Source: Hypanus sabinus
Taxonomy: Eukaryota
Direction: 5' to 3'
Assembly (NCBI RefSeq): GCF_030144855.1
Contig: NW_026781651.1
Span: 434,001-498,000, forward strand
Length of the DNA: 64,000 nt
Positions 49,191-63,289 of this stretch are shown here, piece by piece. Under the pieces are notes generated by a model that made no database searches, had not been told where the DNA came from, and saw only the letters and a program-made list of their open reading frames with translations. The translations under genes were made by a program, and so were the position numbers. Within the stretch, counting starts at the first letter, position 1. The number at the start of each line of letters is the position of its first letter.

Positions 49191-49644
49191 ATATTTCAGG
49201 GTGGAAGGTGAAATATTCTTGGGGAACCTGAAGGGGAATTCTTCACTCAGAAGTTCGTGAGACTGTGGAATGAGCTGCCAGTGGAAGTGGTATATGTGGG
49301 TTCGATTGAGACACTGAAGAGAAATTTGGGTAAGGACATGGATGGGAGGTTTATGCAGGTAGTTGGCAGTAAAAACAAAAACGGGTCGGTATTGACCAGA
49401 AGGGTCGAACGGCCTGTTTCAGTGTTGCTGGGCTCTGTGGCTCTAATAATATTCTGAACTGTAATTTCCCCAGTCAGTACTTTGCTGCTAATGACTGAAC
49501 CCGGTAATTTGCAGAATTGGTGAAGAAGCTGCTCAGTGACTCTTCCTGTGCTCAGTGTTACTGGGACGTCCCATCATGGAGCAGATATTGTCTTCTCCAT
49601 TCTCTTTCACTAAGTCTGTTACTCAACACTTCCCATATTTACAG

Positions 49645-49817
49645 GAAATCACAGAACTCACAGAGAAAGAAACCGCAACAGAGGATTCCTCGCATTTCCT
49701 CAAACCTTCTGATGGGGAAAGGCTGCCAGTCCCAGGGAGTGATGTGGGAATCCTTTGTGGAAATGAGCAATAAGTTAGCAAAGGTGGACAAAATGCTGAA
49801 AGTAGTTCTGAAGTTCG
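49645..49817 (+). pseudogene. Frameshifted NLR N-terminal-domain-like exon, unit B
   Basis: Paralogue of 31887-32059; same splice sites and the same frameshift. Confidence 0.55.
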
Positions 49818-50007
49818 GTACGGTAATACAACACACAGAATTGGAAATCACATTGAAACATCGTGGGTGTAAGAAAGTACGTCAACAAAGTTCGGCCCAT
49901 AATGTTGTGCTGAACCAACGAAATTAGCAACCAAATGGCCATTAAACTGATTCTTTGTGGCAGCATAATATCCACCTCTGTCCATTTTCCTCACATTTAT
50001 GCGCCTG

Positions 50008-52284
50008 TCTTTCTTTCTTTAAATATATTTATTAATTTTAAACAAATAAATGAAACATGAATACAGAGAGTCTGAGAGTACATAATTAATAGGTTAAAAT
50101 ACAAATACAAATAGATAATAATCCTTATATAATAACCTCCCAAACTCATAGTAATTACGAAAAATGGAGTGAGTAAATAAAAAAAAAAAACTAAATAGGA
50201 AGAAACCTAACCAACATGGGCCATTGCATTATGTCAAATATACACAGCAGCGTCAATAACTCCGCACCTCAATCCAAATAATTAAGGATAATAAAAGTAA
50301 GGTTCAGGGAAAGTCAGTTTAGCTCATATGAAAATGTTGAATAAATGGTCTCCAAGTTTCTTCAAATTTAACTGGGGTCAAAATAACACTTCTAATTTTT
50401 TCTAAGCTCAAACAAGAAATAGTTTGAGAAAACCACTGAAATATAGTTGGAGAATTAATTTCCTTCCAATTCAATAGGATAGATCATCTAGCCATTATTG
50501 TGACAAATGCAATCATCCGCCAGGCTGAGAGGGATAAACAAATATTATCCACCACTGGTAAACCGAAAATTGCAGTAATAGTTTGCCATTTGATACTCAG
50601 AACTGTTGAAATAGGACCAAAAACATCTTTCCAATAATTTTGCAAGCAAGGGCAAGACCAAGACATGTGGGTCAATGAAGCAACTTCAGAATGACATCTG
50701 TCACAGGTTGGATGAACACAAGAATAAAGTCGAGCAAGTTTATCCTTGGACATGTGAGCCCTATGTACAACCTTAAGTTGTATTAGGGCATGTTTAGCAC
50801 AAATAGAGGAAGAATTGACTAATTGAATAATGTTCTCCCACTGCTCAGTGGGCATAAGAAAATGAAGTTCTTTTTCTCATTCCTTCTTAATTTTTTTCTG
50901 ATACTTCTGGCTGTATTTTCATGCTCATATTATATATGGTGGCTACGAAATCCTTCTCACAAGGATTCAGAGCTAAAAAAAAAAGTGGTTAAGGAAAATT
51001 ATATTTATTAGATAGCAGTTCAAAGGACAGAAAACTATTATCTAAATATGGATCACGAAAACATGTTATACCTTTTATTTTCCATAATACAAAGGCTTGA
51101 TCCATAGAAGAGGGCCAAAAAATAAAGTTAGAGATGATAGTGCTTGATAGGACAAAATTATTCAAGCTAAAAAAATTACGACATTTGAACTATATTCGCA
51201 ATGTATGTTTAACTATAGGATTAGTTATTTGTTTATTCAATTTAGATAAAGAAAAGGGAAGTAAAAATCCTAAAATTGAAAACAATGAATAATCTTGTAC
51301 AGATTTGCATTCCAAATTTACCCATTGTGGGCAAGATGCTATAATCGATTGTTGTGTCCAAAATATTAAATATCGAATATTAACTGCCCAATAGTAACAT
51401 CTTAGATTTGGCAAAGCCAAACCACCCTCCTTCTTAGACTTCGGTAAATATTTTTTGCTTAGTCTAGGATTTTTATTCTGCCGCACATACGAGGATATTT
51501 TGGAGTCAATAACATCAGAAAAGATTTAGGAAAAAAATTGGTAATGGTTGGAATAAATATAAAACACTGGGTAATACTATCATCTTAATATCATTAATTC
51601 GACCAGCCAATGACAAAGATAATGGGGGCCACCTACTAACAAGTTGCTTAATTTGGGCAATTAAAGGTAAAAAAATTAACTTTAAATGAATTCTAATGTT
51701 TCTTGGTAATTTTAATGCCTGTTATGAAGGATGAACAGTTCGGATGGGCAGAAGGGTGCAGTGTTGCCCATGTCCGCCCCCCCGGCAGAATTATAAACCG
51801 TTACTGTTGCTGTGCTGCTCATGAGAGATAGAGCTGGAAAAGAAAACATGCAAGAACATCTGCTACAGATAAGAGAGTGGAGAGAGACTTGTTGATTCAC
51901 CGTATTCTGACTTCTGAGAGGGTTATTTATCTTGTACCATTCTGTTCATTAACATTCCTCAGTGGTCAGCAGGGATAAAAGTCAGGGCTGGTGAGACACC
52001 CTTCGGACGCACCAGGAGACACACTAGTGGACACTGTTTGAGAGTTGGAACCGACGGGAAGCTGTGGGGCATCGGAGACTGGACCAGGAGCTCGGTCAGT
52101 TAAATTCACAGTGTTATCGCAGGGCCGGCAGGGACTTGTGTGTGTGTCCACTCATGCCATAGTGATGAGTTCACCACAAAGGAACGGTCTAACTGAATGA
52201 CAGAGGGGTCATAACTGAATGGCCACAACGATACGACGGATCAAGAACGCAAAGGATGGTTTGCCTCACTGTAGCTGGTACATC

Positions 52285-52315
<31 letters not shown>

Positions 52316-55300
52316 ACTCTCCAACGATTACAATGCAACAACCATATCTACCTCAGCACGTATGAACTGAACTGAACTTTATACTTTACGATGTCAATTC
52401 ATTATCCCCTAGACATCGATAGAGCTTGTTTATTATTGCTTATTATTATTCCCACACTTTTAGGTTTATTATTGCTAACGTGTATTATCTATATATTTGT
52501 ATTATTAGTATTGCTTTGCTTATTTTACTAATAAACACTTTTGAATATAGTACCACCAGACTCCAACGGATTCTTCTTTCTCTGCTGGTCAGACACCCAG
52601 CCACGGGGTACGTAACATACCCAAATAATTAAAATCATCTGTGACAACTTTAAATGGTAAATGTTTATAAATTGGAACTTCCATATTTAATGGTAATAAT
52701 TTATACATATTAAAATTCAGTTTGTAACCAGAAAAACTACTAAACTGAGCAAGCAAGGACGAAATAGCCGGAATGGATCTTTCAGGGTCAGATATGTGTA
52801 GTAACAACTCATCAGCATATAATGATAACTTATACGTCCCTTCCCCACGAGTAATACCCGAAATATTAGGTAATTCACGAATGGCTATAGCTAAAGGTTC
52901 CAAAACAATGTCAAATAGTAAGGGACTTAATGGACAGCCTTGCCTTGTACCATGGAAAAACCGAAAAAAAGGAGATCTTTGATTATTGGTAAAGACCGAA
53001 GCCAAGGATTTATAGTATATTATTTTATACCATGATATAAATTTCGAACTAAAATTAAAATGCTGCAACGTATTAAATAAATATGGCCATTCAACTCTAT
53101 CAAACGCTTTTTCAGCATCTAAGAAAATAACACATTCTGGTATTTTGGATGAAGGAGTATAAATAATGTTAATTAATTTTCAGATATTAAAAGATGAATA
53201 ACGGTTTTTAATAAATTCAGTATGATCTTCAGGGATAATTCGAGGTAATATGTTTTCTAATCTAGTGGCCGAAACTTTGCTAAAAATCTTAGAGTCCCTA
53301 ATCAGCAAAGATATGGGCTGATAGGATACACGTTCAGTGGGGTCTTTATCTTTTTTTAAGAATTAAGGAGATAGAGGCATCATAAAAAGATTGTGGGAAT
53401 TTACATAAAATTAACACATCTTTAAAAATTTTACAAAGCCAAGGGAAGAGTATAGAGAAAACGGATTTAAAAAAAATTCTGCAGTATAACCATCCGGATC
53501 AGGGGCTTTCCATGAATACATTGAAAAATTCGCCTCTTTTATTTAGATTTCCGTTATAGGAGTATCTAGAAATACATTATATTCTGTTGTTAATTTGGGG
53601 ATATTCAATTTTCTTAAAAAATCATCCATTATAGAAGAATCCTCAACAAATTCTGATTGATATGAAGAATTGTAAAAATCTTGAAAGGCTTTATTTATCT
53701 CTTTATGATCAATCGACAATGTGCCATCTCGTTTACTAATCTTAGTAATTTGTCGTTTAACTGGAGCAGTTTTCAATTGATTAGCCAATAGTTTACCAGA
53801 TTTATCTCCATGTACATAGAACTGGGTTCCAGATTTAATTATCTGATTTTCAGTCGAAGAGGATAATAACAGACTATGCTCCATCTGAAGTTCAACTCTT
53901 TCTTTATAAAGTTCGTTGCTGGGTGTCACTGAATAAATCTTATCAATTGCTTTAATTTTATCAACTAATGTTGATATTTCAAAATTAGTTCGTTTCCTAA
54001 CTCCAGCAGAGTATGAAATGATCTGTCCACGAATAAATGCTTTAAAAATGTCCCATAAAGATCCACTAGGGATCTCTGCAGTAGAATCTGTTGAGAAACA
54101 CAAATCACTTTGTTGTTTAATAAAATTAAGAAATTCTGAGTCCTGCAATAAAGGAGTTGAACATCCAAGATTTAGCGTTAGAAGATGAATCCATTCTCTT
54201 AACAGATAGCTTCAAATGGGCATGGTCAGAAATGGTAACATAATCATATTTACAATCAATAACTTCGGTACGTAAATGAAGATAAATAAAGAAGTAGTCC
54301 ATTCTTGAATAATTTTGATAAACATGAGAAAAGTATGAAAAGTCTTTGTCATTGGGGTGTAAAAAATGCCAAATATCGGAAATTGCAGAATCAATCATAA
54401 AGGAATTAATAAGAAAGGCCGATTTATTCGGGAGAGCTTGTGTGGGCTTAGATCTATCTAACGAAGGGTTTAAGCAGCAGTTAAAATCCCCACCCATCAT
54501 CAACATGTACTGATTCAAATTAGGAAAGGATGTAAACAGACATTTAAAAATTCAGGGCAGTCAGTGTTTGGAGCATAAACGTCAACTAAAGCAACTTTTT
54601 GATTAAAAAGTAAACTAGTAAGAAGCAAAAATCTACCTTATGGGTCCGAAATTGTTTCATAGTTTATAAAGGAGGTTGAAGAATCTATAAAAATGGAAAG
54701 GCCTCTTACTTTGGCTTGGGAATTCGAGTGATACAGTTTTTCCTTCCAAAACCTGAAAAAAACGTTCACGATCCATTTCCTCACATGTGTCTCCTGGACA
54801 AAGACAATATTAGCATTCAGTCGGTGGAATGCTTTGAATATTTTTTCCGTTTGACGGATGATTTAAACCATTAGTATTCCAAGAATCAAAATTAATAATC
54901 TTATCCATATTGCCAATATTTATTACAATTAACACATAAGGTTAAAAAAAAAGATGATCTCATGAATCCGGAAGAGGGAAGTAAGTTCAAGGAACAATCG
55001 GAAGTTCTGACATTGCAACCATTTTTGTAGTTTCGAGTCAGCCAATGACATATAACTAAGCGTGAAGCAAGCAAAAGGAAAGATCCCCCTCCCTCCACCC
55101 TCAAAACCCCAGGAAAAAAAAGCCAAAAAGAGGCAAGCAGGCAATCTAATACTAAATTCATCCCCATGTCTCAAGACGGCAACTCAAACACAAAAGAAAA
55201 AAAAGACACAAACCACCCATATTTTAAGAAAGGGTTAGTATAACAAATATTAAACTATAAGATTATTATTCTATATATATATAAAAAAAGATTTAAAAAA

Positions 55301-56601
55301 GTCAAAAAAATTTAAACTTATGTGACGTATCCCAGCACTAAGGTCTTTGGGGAAAAGAAACGACATCTTAGAAAAGTTTTTATTATAAAAAAACCCTTAA
55401 TATTTAAACGTTAAAAGTATAAAAAATGTATATAAATTTAAAAGAAAAACCTAATGAGTTAGTTTCAGAACTAACAGAACAATAATATTAAAGGAACGAA
55501 CTCAGGATAAACCAATAAAAACGGACATTTACCGTTGGTAAGAAATACACTGTTAACAATCACGTAAAAAATCATCAAATTATAAAAGATCCAAATCTAT
55601 AGACTAATGATTACATTAGTCAACCCGTAGTAAAAAAAAAGTACTATTCTTTAAGGAATGTTTGAGCATCCGCTGGAGATTTGAACAGCCGATAGGTCCC
55701 ATCATTGAGGGTAACTCTCAATTGTACAGGAAATAACAGCGCTTGATTGTAGCCGTCCTGATGAATTTCCGACATAACCGATTTAAAAGCCATTCTTGCC
55801 CTTAAAACTTCGGGACTTTAGTCTTCCGGAATACGAAATTTGAAATCATTAAAACTGATCATACACTTTTTCCGGGAAGCCCGAATCAAACGTTCTTTGG
55901 TATGAGGATAATGGATCCGGAGTATCACTGGACTTGGTTTCGTACCTGAAGCTGGTTGAAAACGGGAAATGCGATGTGCACGGTCGATTATTGGAGAGGT
56001 ATCTAGTACTTCTGAGCCGAAGACGTCTAATAAAAATTTAGAGAAAAATACAGTGAGATCACCGTTCTCAAAATTTTCCGGAGGCCCAATTATGTCTTTT
56101 GTCTTCGAGAGCGGTTTTCAAGATCAGTGATTTTAGATTTATAACGATCCAGCAGTTGGGACGTGGAAGCTTGCTGTTATTGCAGAGTTTCAATTTTGCG
56201 ATCTTTCTGGCGAGCGGCATCTACAAGAACTAAAATTCTTGCTTGCTGTTGTTGTGAATCCAGTGTAATTGATTGAAGCTTTGCATCGACTGTCTTTAAA
56301 ATTTCGTCGAACGTAGAAAGCTTTGAGGTTAATTTATTCTCCAGTTTTTCAAGTCTCTCGTCCATAAGTTTCGCTATTGCTTCCAGAGTTAACGGTTCTC
56401 TCGTCTGTTTCGATTCCTTTTGTTTGGACATTTCAACGGGTTGAAAATGATTTAAACGGATGAAAAAGATTTTATAAGTATGAACCCCTTTAGAATAGGT
56501 ATAAACTGGTCAATTAGGGGGCGCTTATTGGTAGAAAAAAGCAAAAGGATTGGAGCGAAGCCTAAAACTGTTTCACTCCGTAAGCGCCACCTTGAGACTC
56601 C
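50008..56601 (-). mobile_element. L1-clade LINE, near full length, degenerate (unit B)
   Basis: As unit A but retains the RT core GTRQGCPLSPLLF...KLSLYADELLL (52620-53190); ORF1 start MSKQKES at 56431. Confidence 0.95.
51720..52617 (+). mobile_element. Solo LTR (Gypsy-like), 898 bp, inserted in L1 RT
   Basis: TGTTA...TAACA inverted termini; 4 bp TSD TGCC/TACC; interrupts L1 NYLG|IKITK; AATAAA at ~52530; (CT)n tract. Confidence 0.88.
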
Positions 56602-57568
56602 TCGAGAATCAGCTTCTCGTGTTGCTTGTTAATAATCTGAATAAATCAGTTTTCACGGAATCCCGGCATTTTGGGGATGGGTTTGCTGAGCGTGCTGTGG
56701 AGCGTTGGTGAGAGTATCGCCTCCCTAAAATATGAACCATATTCAGATTTAATTAGAAAGCGAATGTGGATCATTTGTACATGATTTAAGAAAATCAATT
56801 TGAAAAGGAATAAACCGTGTGCTTATTTATTAGTTTTCATAGAAGGTACTCAAATATTTAGACGTAGATCTCTGACTCCTGTAAGGACTGATTTCCGTAA
56901 CCAGGCATCTCGCGGGGTAACATCGAATATAATGTCTGCAGGATCGGGAATAGAGGATCGTCTTCTATTGCGGAGGGGTGTCTGGTCAATTGAGGAGGTT
57001 CTGGTACAGCTGAGTGGCACTGCCGATCACGAAATAAATGGAACCACACAACGTAAGCTAAACTAACACAGGATCTTTGAAAGGCTATGTAACGCCTTTC
57101 CAAAATTTGTATTCTTGTACTAATTACGGAGAAAGAATATTTTCTATTCTCAATATCTGCTGAAGTTTTTGGAGGCTGTTGTGCCGTATTCGAAAAGTTT
57201 TTGCCCCCCTTTTTCACTGATTCAGATGATACGGCTTGACAGATCTTGAAATATGGAATAAGGGTGTTATTGACCGTAGATCTCTGCTGATTTACAGAGA
57301 TCCAGTGTTGGGTGCAAATAGTCTGGTTTCTTTAACATTGAAATGACGCTTGTCCTAATTCAATACTGTGTTCCATCTGGCCCATTCCACACATTCATAC
57401 ATTTTATTCCTACCTCGAAATAATTCTTATAATATACGAATGATAAACTTTCAGTTATCAGCATCGGGATGTTTTAAATGATATGTTTTATTTTCCTATC
57501 AAACTGAAAGCGCGGAACCTTTACAAAACGTTGCCTGTTGTAAGACGTGTGCGAGCTGGAACTGTTTT

Positions 57569-58483
57569 CTACTTCGGGGAGAAAGCCTTAGATGATCTTA
57601 CATTTGTCTTGATCAATTCCCGGATAAGCGTCCAAGGAGACAGTATCAACGTTTTCAACTCTGCCCTGAAGTTAGTTTGGGTGGCTGCATAAATACACGT
57701 GCTTGTACAGGAACTCATGTTCGTGAGCAGAACCCCGGTTTGAGCAGCGATATATCGGGCAGAGTAATAGTCGCGATCAAAATACATGGTTAGGCTGGCG
57801 ATAAAATCGGTGACTGCCGATGGCAGCCAAAATAGCATGAAGCAGAACAGTAATACAGTAATATGATGCCCTTTTTCCTGTTTTCCATTTCCGGGTCACG
57901 TTCAATCTTACTCTTATGGGTTCGGAAGCCCCTCCGGGATTTGCTGGCCAGCAAGATATGCCTGGCCGTCATCCCATTACATAGAATTATTAAACCAAAA
58001 GCACACACCAGGTTTTGAAAGGATTTTAATCTGCTGAGCGCGACGAACGTTGGCGAGTTGAAGATGTCCAATTTCGGGCGAATACCCCACGAAATATTTC
58101 CAATTATCCGTTGAGGCTGAAATGCAAACAAGAGGGGTATATTCTCCAAGCAAAGCCCCGCCAGTATTACTGCTGCCAGGATTCTGGCTGTCCTCACTCT
58201 GCAGTATTTTGTTTTAAACTTCTGACAACATATGGCAACATATCGATCACAGGTGAAGGCCACCGTGTACCACCGTGATAGTTCCAGAGTGACCGCCAGC
58301 ACGTAGATCGTTGCTTTAAGGACTTCCGTATACTGCAGAAATGAACTTGACAGGCGGAATATTAAAATCTCATAGACAAGGACATTAATGAGAATGACCG
58401 ATAGATCATCGTCATGCAGGCAGAGATGCATTTGGAAAGACCGCATTTTCCCCGGGACAGAATAATAATTGTTAACAAATTAG
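57569..58483 (-). pseudogene. GPR139/GPR142-like GPCR pseudogene, exon 2 (two frameshifts)
   Basis: Acceptor ttttttctgttgcag at 58484; ANLLTIIILSRGKCGLSKCIS, DRYVAICC, FWLP, CTSTCIY; frameshift in TM2 (~58410) and a net -4 nt lesion in TM6 (~57845-57860) relative to the 39.0-39.7 kb copy. Confidence 0.9.
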
Positions 58484-59667
58484 CTGCAACAGAAAAAAAG
58501 ACACAACAGATAAAGACATCCCTGAAGGAGGAAGACTGGTGAATCTGACAACTTATTTCTGAAATATGTCCGGATGTATTTCTGTTTAGTACGGTGGTCT
58601 GAGGGTGAGCATAGGCAGGACAGAAAGGCACTTCGCATTGTGATCTTCACCAGCTGGAAACGGGCTGAAAAATAGCACGTATAATTTACTGGGAGCCTGG
58701 GTAATGTGCTGCCCTGCAGGAGGGTAAACCAGGTTACCATTGCATGGTGAATGGTAGGTTGTGAGGTGCTCCGCATAAAAGAAAAGGAGCTGTAAATACA
58801 GATTCATCATTCATTTAAAGTAAAACACTGGGTAAACACAGAGATCATTTTGCACATCGGCCGTCACAAATCAGGACTCTGAGCACTGGGGTGGAGTTAT
58901 TCATTTGAAGTTGTACAATATGTAATTGAAGCCGAATTCGTAATATCGTTTAAATTTCTACTCACCTTCCTACGGGAATTATATCAAAATTCGTGACAGA
59001 GTTCAAAATATTTACAAGGATACTGACGGGAATGAGAAATCTTTGTATACATTAGGGGTATAATTGGTGTCAATGAATTTCAGCCATTTCCTCTCATATT
59101 GTGTGAAACTATTTTGAACGATCATAGGATTCGCGTGTAAGTTGAAATGCTTCGGGGGTAATCTGAGAGAGGTTATTTACTCAGAGGTTGCTGCGTGTGG
59201 AAACAGCTCCCTGCTGTGCGGACGTTGCGGGATCTATTGTACCACGTAAGATAAGCTTGTAAAGGGCCAAGGTGGGAGGGAGGTAGGGGAATATTAGTCA
59301 GGCGCCGGTAGATAGAACCACAGAGGTTCAGGTCGCCATGGCGGGCCGAATGGCCGCTTTTAGTGTTGTAGTACACTTTTATTCTCCGTCAGGCACGATG
59401 GAAAATGCATTCCCTCCTGAGCGAAACACTACTGCTATTTCAGCGATGGCATCCCTCCGTTCCCTTTGCACCGGACATGAGGAGACGCCCTCCTGTGTCC
59501 AGAGGAAAGTCTCCTCACCGGCCGTGTGGACAGGGAACGATACAGCGACTATTGAGCAGCTTCTACAATGGACACATTGCGGCGCATCTTCGGATCATAC
59601 TTCATAAAGAATATCAATGTCCTGCCGAAGGCCGATAGCTGTTAGACACTGTATTAATACGACTTAC

Positions 59668-59737
59668 CGGGTAAACCAAACACCACTAGAACGGGGTAAC
59701 AAACGTCTTTCACCAGTAGGATCGCCGGTCGACTCAT
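59668..59737 (-). pseudogene. GPR139-like pseudogene exon 1
   Basis: MSRPAILLVKDVCYPVLVVFGLP + G|gtaagt; 70 nt, phase 1, same intron position as the intact paralogue. Confidence 0.8.
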
Positions 59738-60004
59738 GTTCGATTGCTTGAATTATCTCCCATTGTGCATTTCACATCAGCGTGTGACTCGGAGAACGAT
59801 ACCCTGCTAATTTATGGGAAACACGAATTCTCCGTCACGGGTAGGCGGGTTGTGCAATGAATGACGTTACTTACAGCTTTTGAAAAAACAAGGGTTGATG
59901 TTCCGCTCCGGTGCCACCTGTTCCCCAGCTGATAGTCTGAGCAGCTGGATCATGAAGCTCCTTCATTCACATTCCACAACAGAGCACCCCCACCCCCGAG
60001 GGAG

Positions 60005-60288
60005 TGACGTCAGCGCTCCCCTCGCCTGCGGAGACCATCGCTCCAGGAGGGTCCTTTCGTTGTCCCACAGTAACTCAGTGAAGAGGTCCCGCTACGTTCC
60101 GTAACTGCATTTGTTACACAGCGTTCTGCTGATTCCCACTGACTGTAACATTACTGATGCTGCGCTTGCCTTTTCTTTTCACAGAATAATCTCTCAATAG
60201 CCTTTCTCATCATGGATCCAGTCTGATGTCAACCCGTTAGTCTTTGTCCAACATTCCTTCCTGTGATTCCTTCCTGAATGTGACGTCA
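60005..60288. promoter_or_regulatory. Two CRE palindromes upstream of the GPCR pseudogene
   Basis: TGACGTCA at 60005-60012 and 60281-60288. Confidence 0.35.
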
Positions 60289-61364
60289 TTGAAACCAAAC
60301 AATTGATGCGGCAACCCGGCAATGGGGTAGTGACGCGACTCTAACGTCACTGATGATATATTCTGTTATAGCTGGTGGAGTTATATATGATATGGTTACT
60401 CCAAACAAGCAGATAGAAATCACCTCCATCAGCACTGAAAACGCTGATATTTAATCGTTTAAAGCCGTCTGTGCCTCCACATTACTTCAGTGTGGGGACC
60501 GAAGCCGCTTGTTCCCATGAAACTGCTCAGACTTCGTCGGAGAGATTACATTGTTGCACCTTCACTGGGCAATCAACATTACCAATGAAATAGAAGAGGA
60601 TGTCAGTGAGACTTTCTTTCCGTTAGCTGAGATCAGTATGACCCGAGTATTCGCTACGATATTCCGGGTTTAAAGAGCCATGTGGAAGATTGTCTTACAC
60701 CTTTCATCGTCAAGTATATGGGTGATAAGGAACTTCCTACATCATGCACTGTTGGAGGTAGGGAGACACAGAATTTTGTTTTTTTTTTTTTTGTTATGAT
60801 CTCATACAATATTATATACAAAGTTACCGGCTCAGTGCTGGCACCGGGGGTTAATGTGCTTGAGTGGAGCTAAGTCGGCGCCTCTGAAGGTGCCAGAATA
60901 CAAGTTTGAGTGGTGATGCACACTGAACACTGTCAGTGATGCCCACTCCTGAAAAGTACATTTTGTAAATTAGATAAATTCGCGCAGTGTGGAAATGAAC
61001 CACAGTGTGTATGTGCGCTGGCGGGTATGTGATACGAAACGGGAGTACGCCAGCAACCATGCAGAACCGCCACTGCTCGTGAGATAATGCCCACAGTTCA
61101 TCAATGTACACATGCGTATGTCGGAGTACATCGGAATTAGGTCGATGATGTATGATATTCTGACTGCCTTCGGGGCTGAGGTAAATCAAATGTCAAGTCC
61201 ATCTCAGTGCCGGGGTTATTTACATTAAGCAATTCTCTACAAACATATCAGATAGTTTTGTAAATCAGCACGTCCGCCAATTTGAGCATCAGCCACTCTC
61301 AATGTGCATCATCATTCCACCAGATTCAAATTCTGTTACAATTGCGAAGACTTCAATTTTCAGG

Positions 61365-62420
61365 AAGTATCGGCGTTACAGGGAAGATACCAGCATGCAT
61401 TGCGGACTGGCTGACGGACAGGAGGCGGCAGCGGCTGGCTGCCAGTGATTAGTGGTGTTCCTCAGAGGTCAGTATTGGGAACATACTTTTCCAACTTTTG
61501 TCAGTGATTTGGATAATGGAGTTGATGGCTTTGTGGCAAGATTTTCAGATGTTACAAAGATAGCAGGAGGGGTAGGTAGTGCTAAGATTACAGCAGAATT
61601 TAGACAAACTACAAGAATGGGCAAAAATGTGGCTGATGGAATATAGTGTGGAGAAAAGAATGTTCATCATTTTGGGAAAAGGAACAATACTGCGGACTGT
61701 TACCAAAATGGGGAAAAAAATCAAACATCAGGATGCAGATGAACTTGGGCGTCCCCGTGCAAGACTTGCAGAAGGTTAAGCTACAGGCTGAGTTTGTGGT
61801 AAAGAAGGCAAATGCAATGCCAGCATTTACTTCAGGTGGAACAGGATATAAAAGCAAGGAGATAATGCTGAGCCTTTATGAGTCAGTAGTGAGGCGCTCT
61901 TGGAGTGACGTCATCAGCTATGAGCCCCAGATCTCAGAAAGGATCCGTTGTTATTGGAGATAGTCAAGAGGACATTCGCGAGAATGATTCCGGGAAGAAC
62001 TGGGTTGGCTTATGGAGAGCATTCGGCAGTTTTGGGTCTGTATTCATTGGAATTTAGAAGCATACACGGGGTTCTCACTGAAACCTAACGAATTTTGAAA
62101 GGACTAGACAGGTGGATGTGGTGGAGATGTTTCCTATAGTGGGGGTACCCAGAAGAGGGCACATCCTCAAATTTGATGGACCAACTTTTGGAACAGAGGC
62201 AAAGAGGATTTTCTTCAGCGCGTCCGTGGAATATCCTGCCACAGACTGAGGTGGAAGCCAAGTCCGTCGGTGTATTTAAGACAGAAGTTCATCGTTTCCT
62301 GATAGACCAGGGCATCGAAGGATGTGGTGAGAAGGCAGGTTTATAGAGTTGCGTGGGAGCCGGGGTCAGCCAAGATGAAATGGCGAAGCAGACACGATGG
62401 GCTGAAGGGCCTAATTATGT
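61365..62420 (+). mobile_element. CR1-type LINE 3' half, degenerate
   Basis: SGVPQ.SVLG, FVSDLDNGVDGFVARFSDVTKIAG, LQQNLDKLQEWAKMWLMEY, VKKANAM..YKSKEIMLSLY. Confidence 0.85.
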
Positions 62421-62681
62421 TGATGGTCCAAAGATCGCGTCAGAGTGAAATATCGAAATTGTTCAACACTCAAGTTCAATTTAATGCTGAAGTTCAGATA
62501 TATTTTTATTGATCTGTACACATGTATGCAGCGAAACGAAACAGGGACCAAGGTGCAAATCACTGAACGTATATCACAGACAGCACATAAAATAAAATAT
62601 TAAAGCAATACAATAATATTAACAGGTAGAATCTGCTGTAGATATACAAGTTGACATAAAGTGCATACACGACATGTAGTT

Positions 62682-63112
62682 TGTTGAGGATAAATCTCAG
62701 GATCAGCGGACAAATCAAATCAGGCCGACTCAGAGAATCGTTTCAGCCTAAAGGACTTTATTTATACGTGATATCATGGAGAGTCTCTTTACCTAAGAGC
62801 GGTGCTTGGGGTTTCTGTTTGTCTTGCAGACCAGCTTCATTATATAGACGCAGAGTACGTGACTAAAAGCACTTAACAAGAGCATTGCTTGGCGTTGAAC
62901 TTTGGACTAGATTTCAACAAATAACGTGACTTTGATCTCAGAATTTGATTGCAACAAACAGGAGCATTACTTAAATGCGGGGCCACAGCATCTTTCTTGG
63001 AATGACTTCAGCCGAATTCCAAGACCTGCAAAAACTTTAGATAAATTTTAAGAGCTTTCACAAGCGATTAAGTTAACCACTACATATCCAAAGAGTCTTA
63101 GATTCTTCAACA
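62682..63112 (-). mobile_element. 3' LTR of an endogenous retrovirus (431 bp)
   Basis: Minus strand begins TGTTGA directly after purine-rich GAGGGAAT and ends TCAACA (perfect 6 bp inverted termini); TATA-like CTATATAAT at ~62840-62848; AATAAA at 62757-62762. Confidence 0.75.
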
Positions 63113-63289
63113 ATTCCCTCGTTGTTGATCCTTTCAGATCAACACACCTCATGAGGTATTTCCTCCTCTTCCTCATAGGGGGTTCATATCGCTCCGGAAA
63201 GGGTACTTCTTTGTCAGGATGTATCTCCTCTGCCCACCAGTTTCGCTTACTGCGCATTTCTCTCATCCTCTGGGGTATCATAGGCTCTT

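Larger units (their letters stand above)
39682..58219. repeat. Tandem segmental duplication, unit B (18.5 kb)
   Basis: Colinear with 22289-39681; its right end continues into the 5' half of the GPCR pseudogene. Confidence 0.95.
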
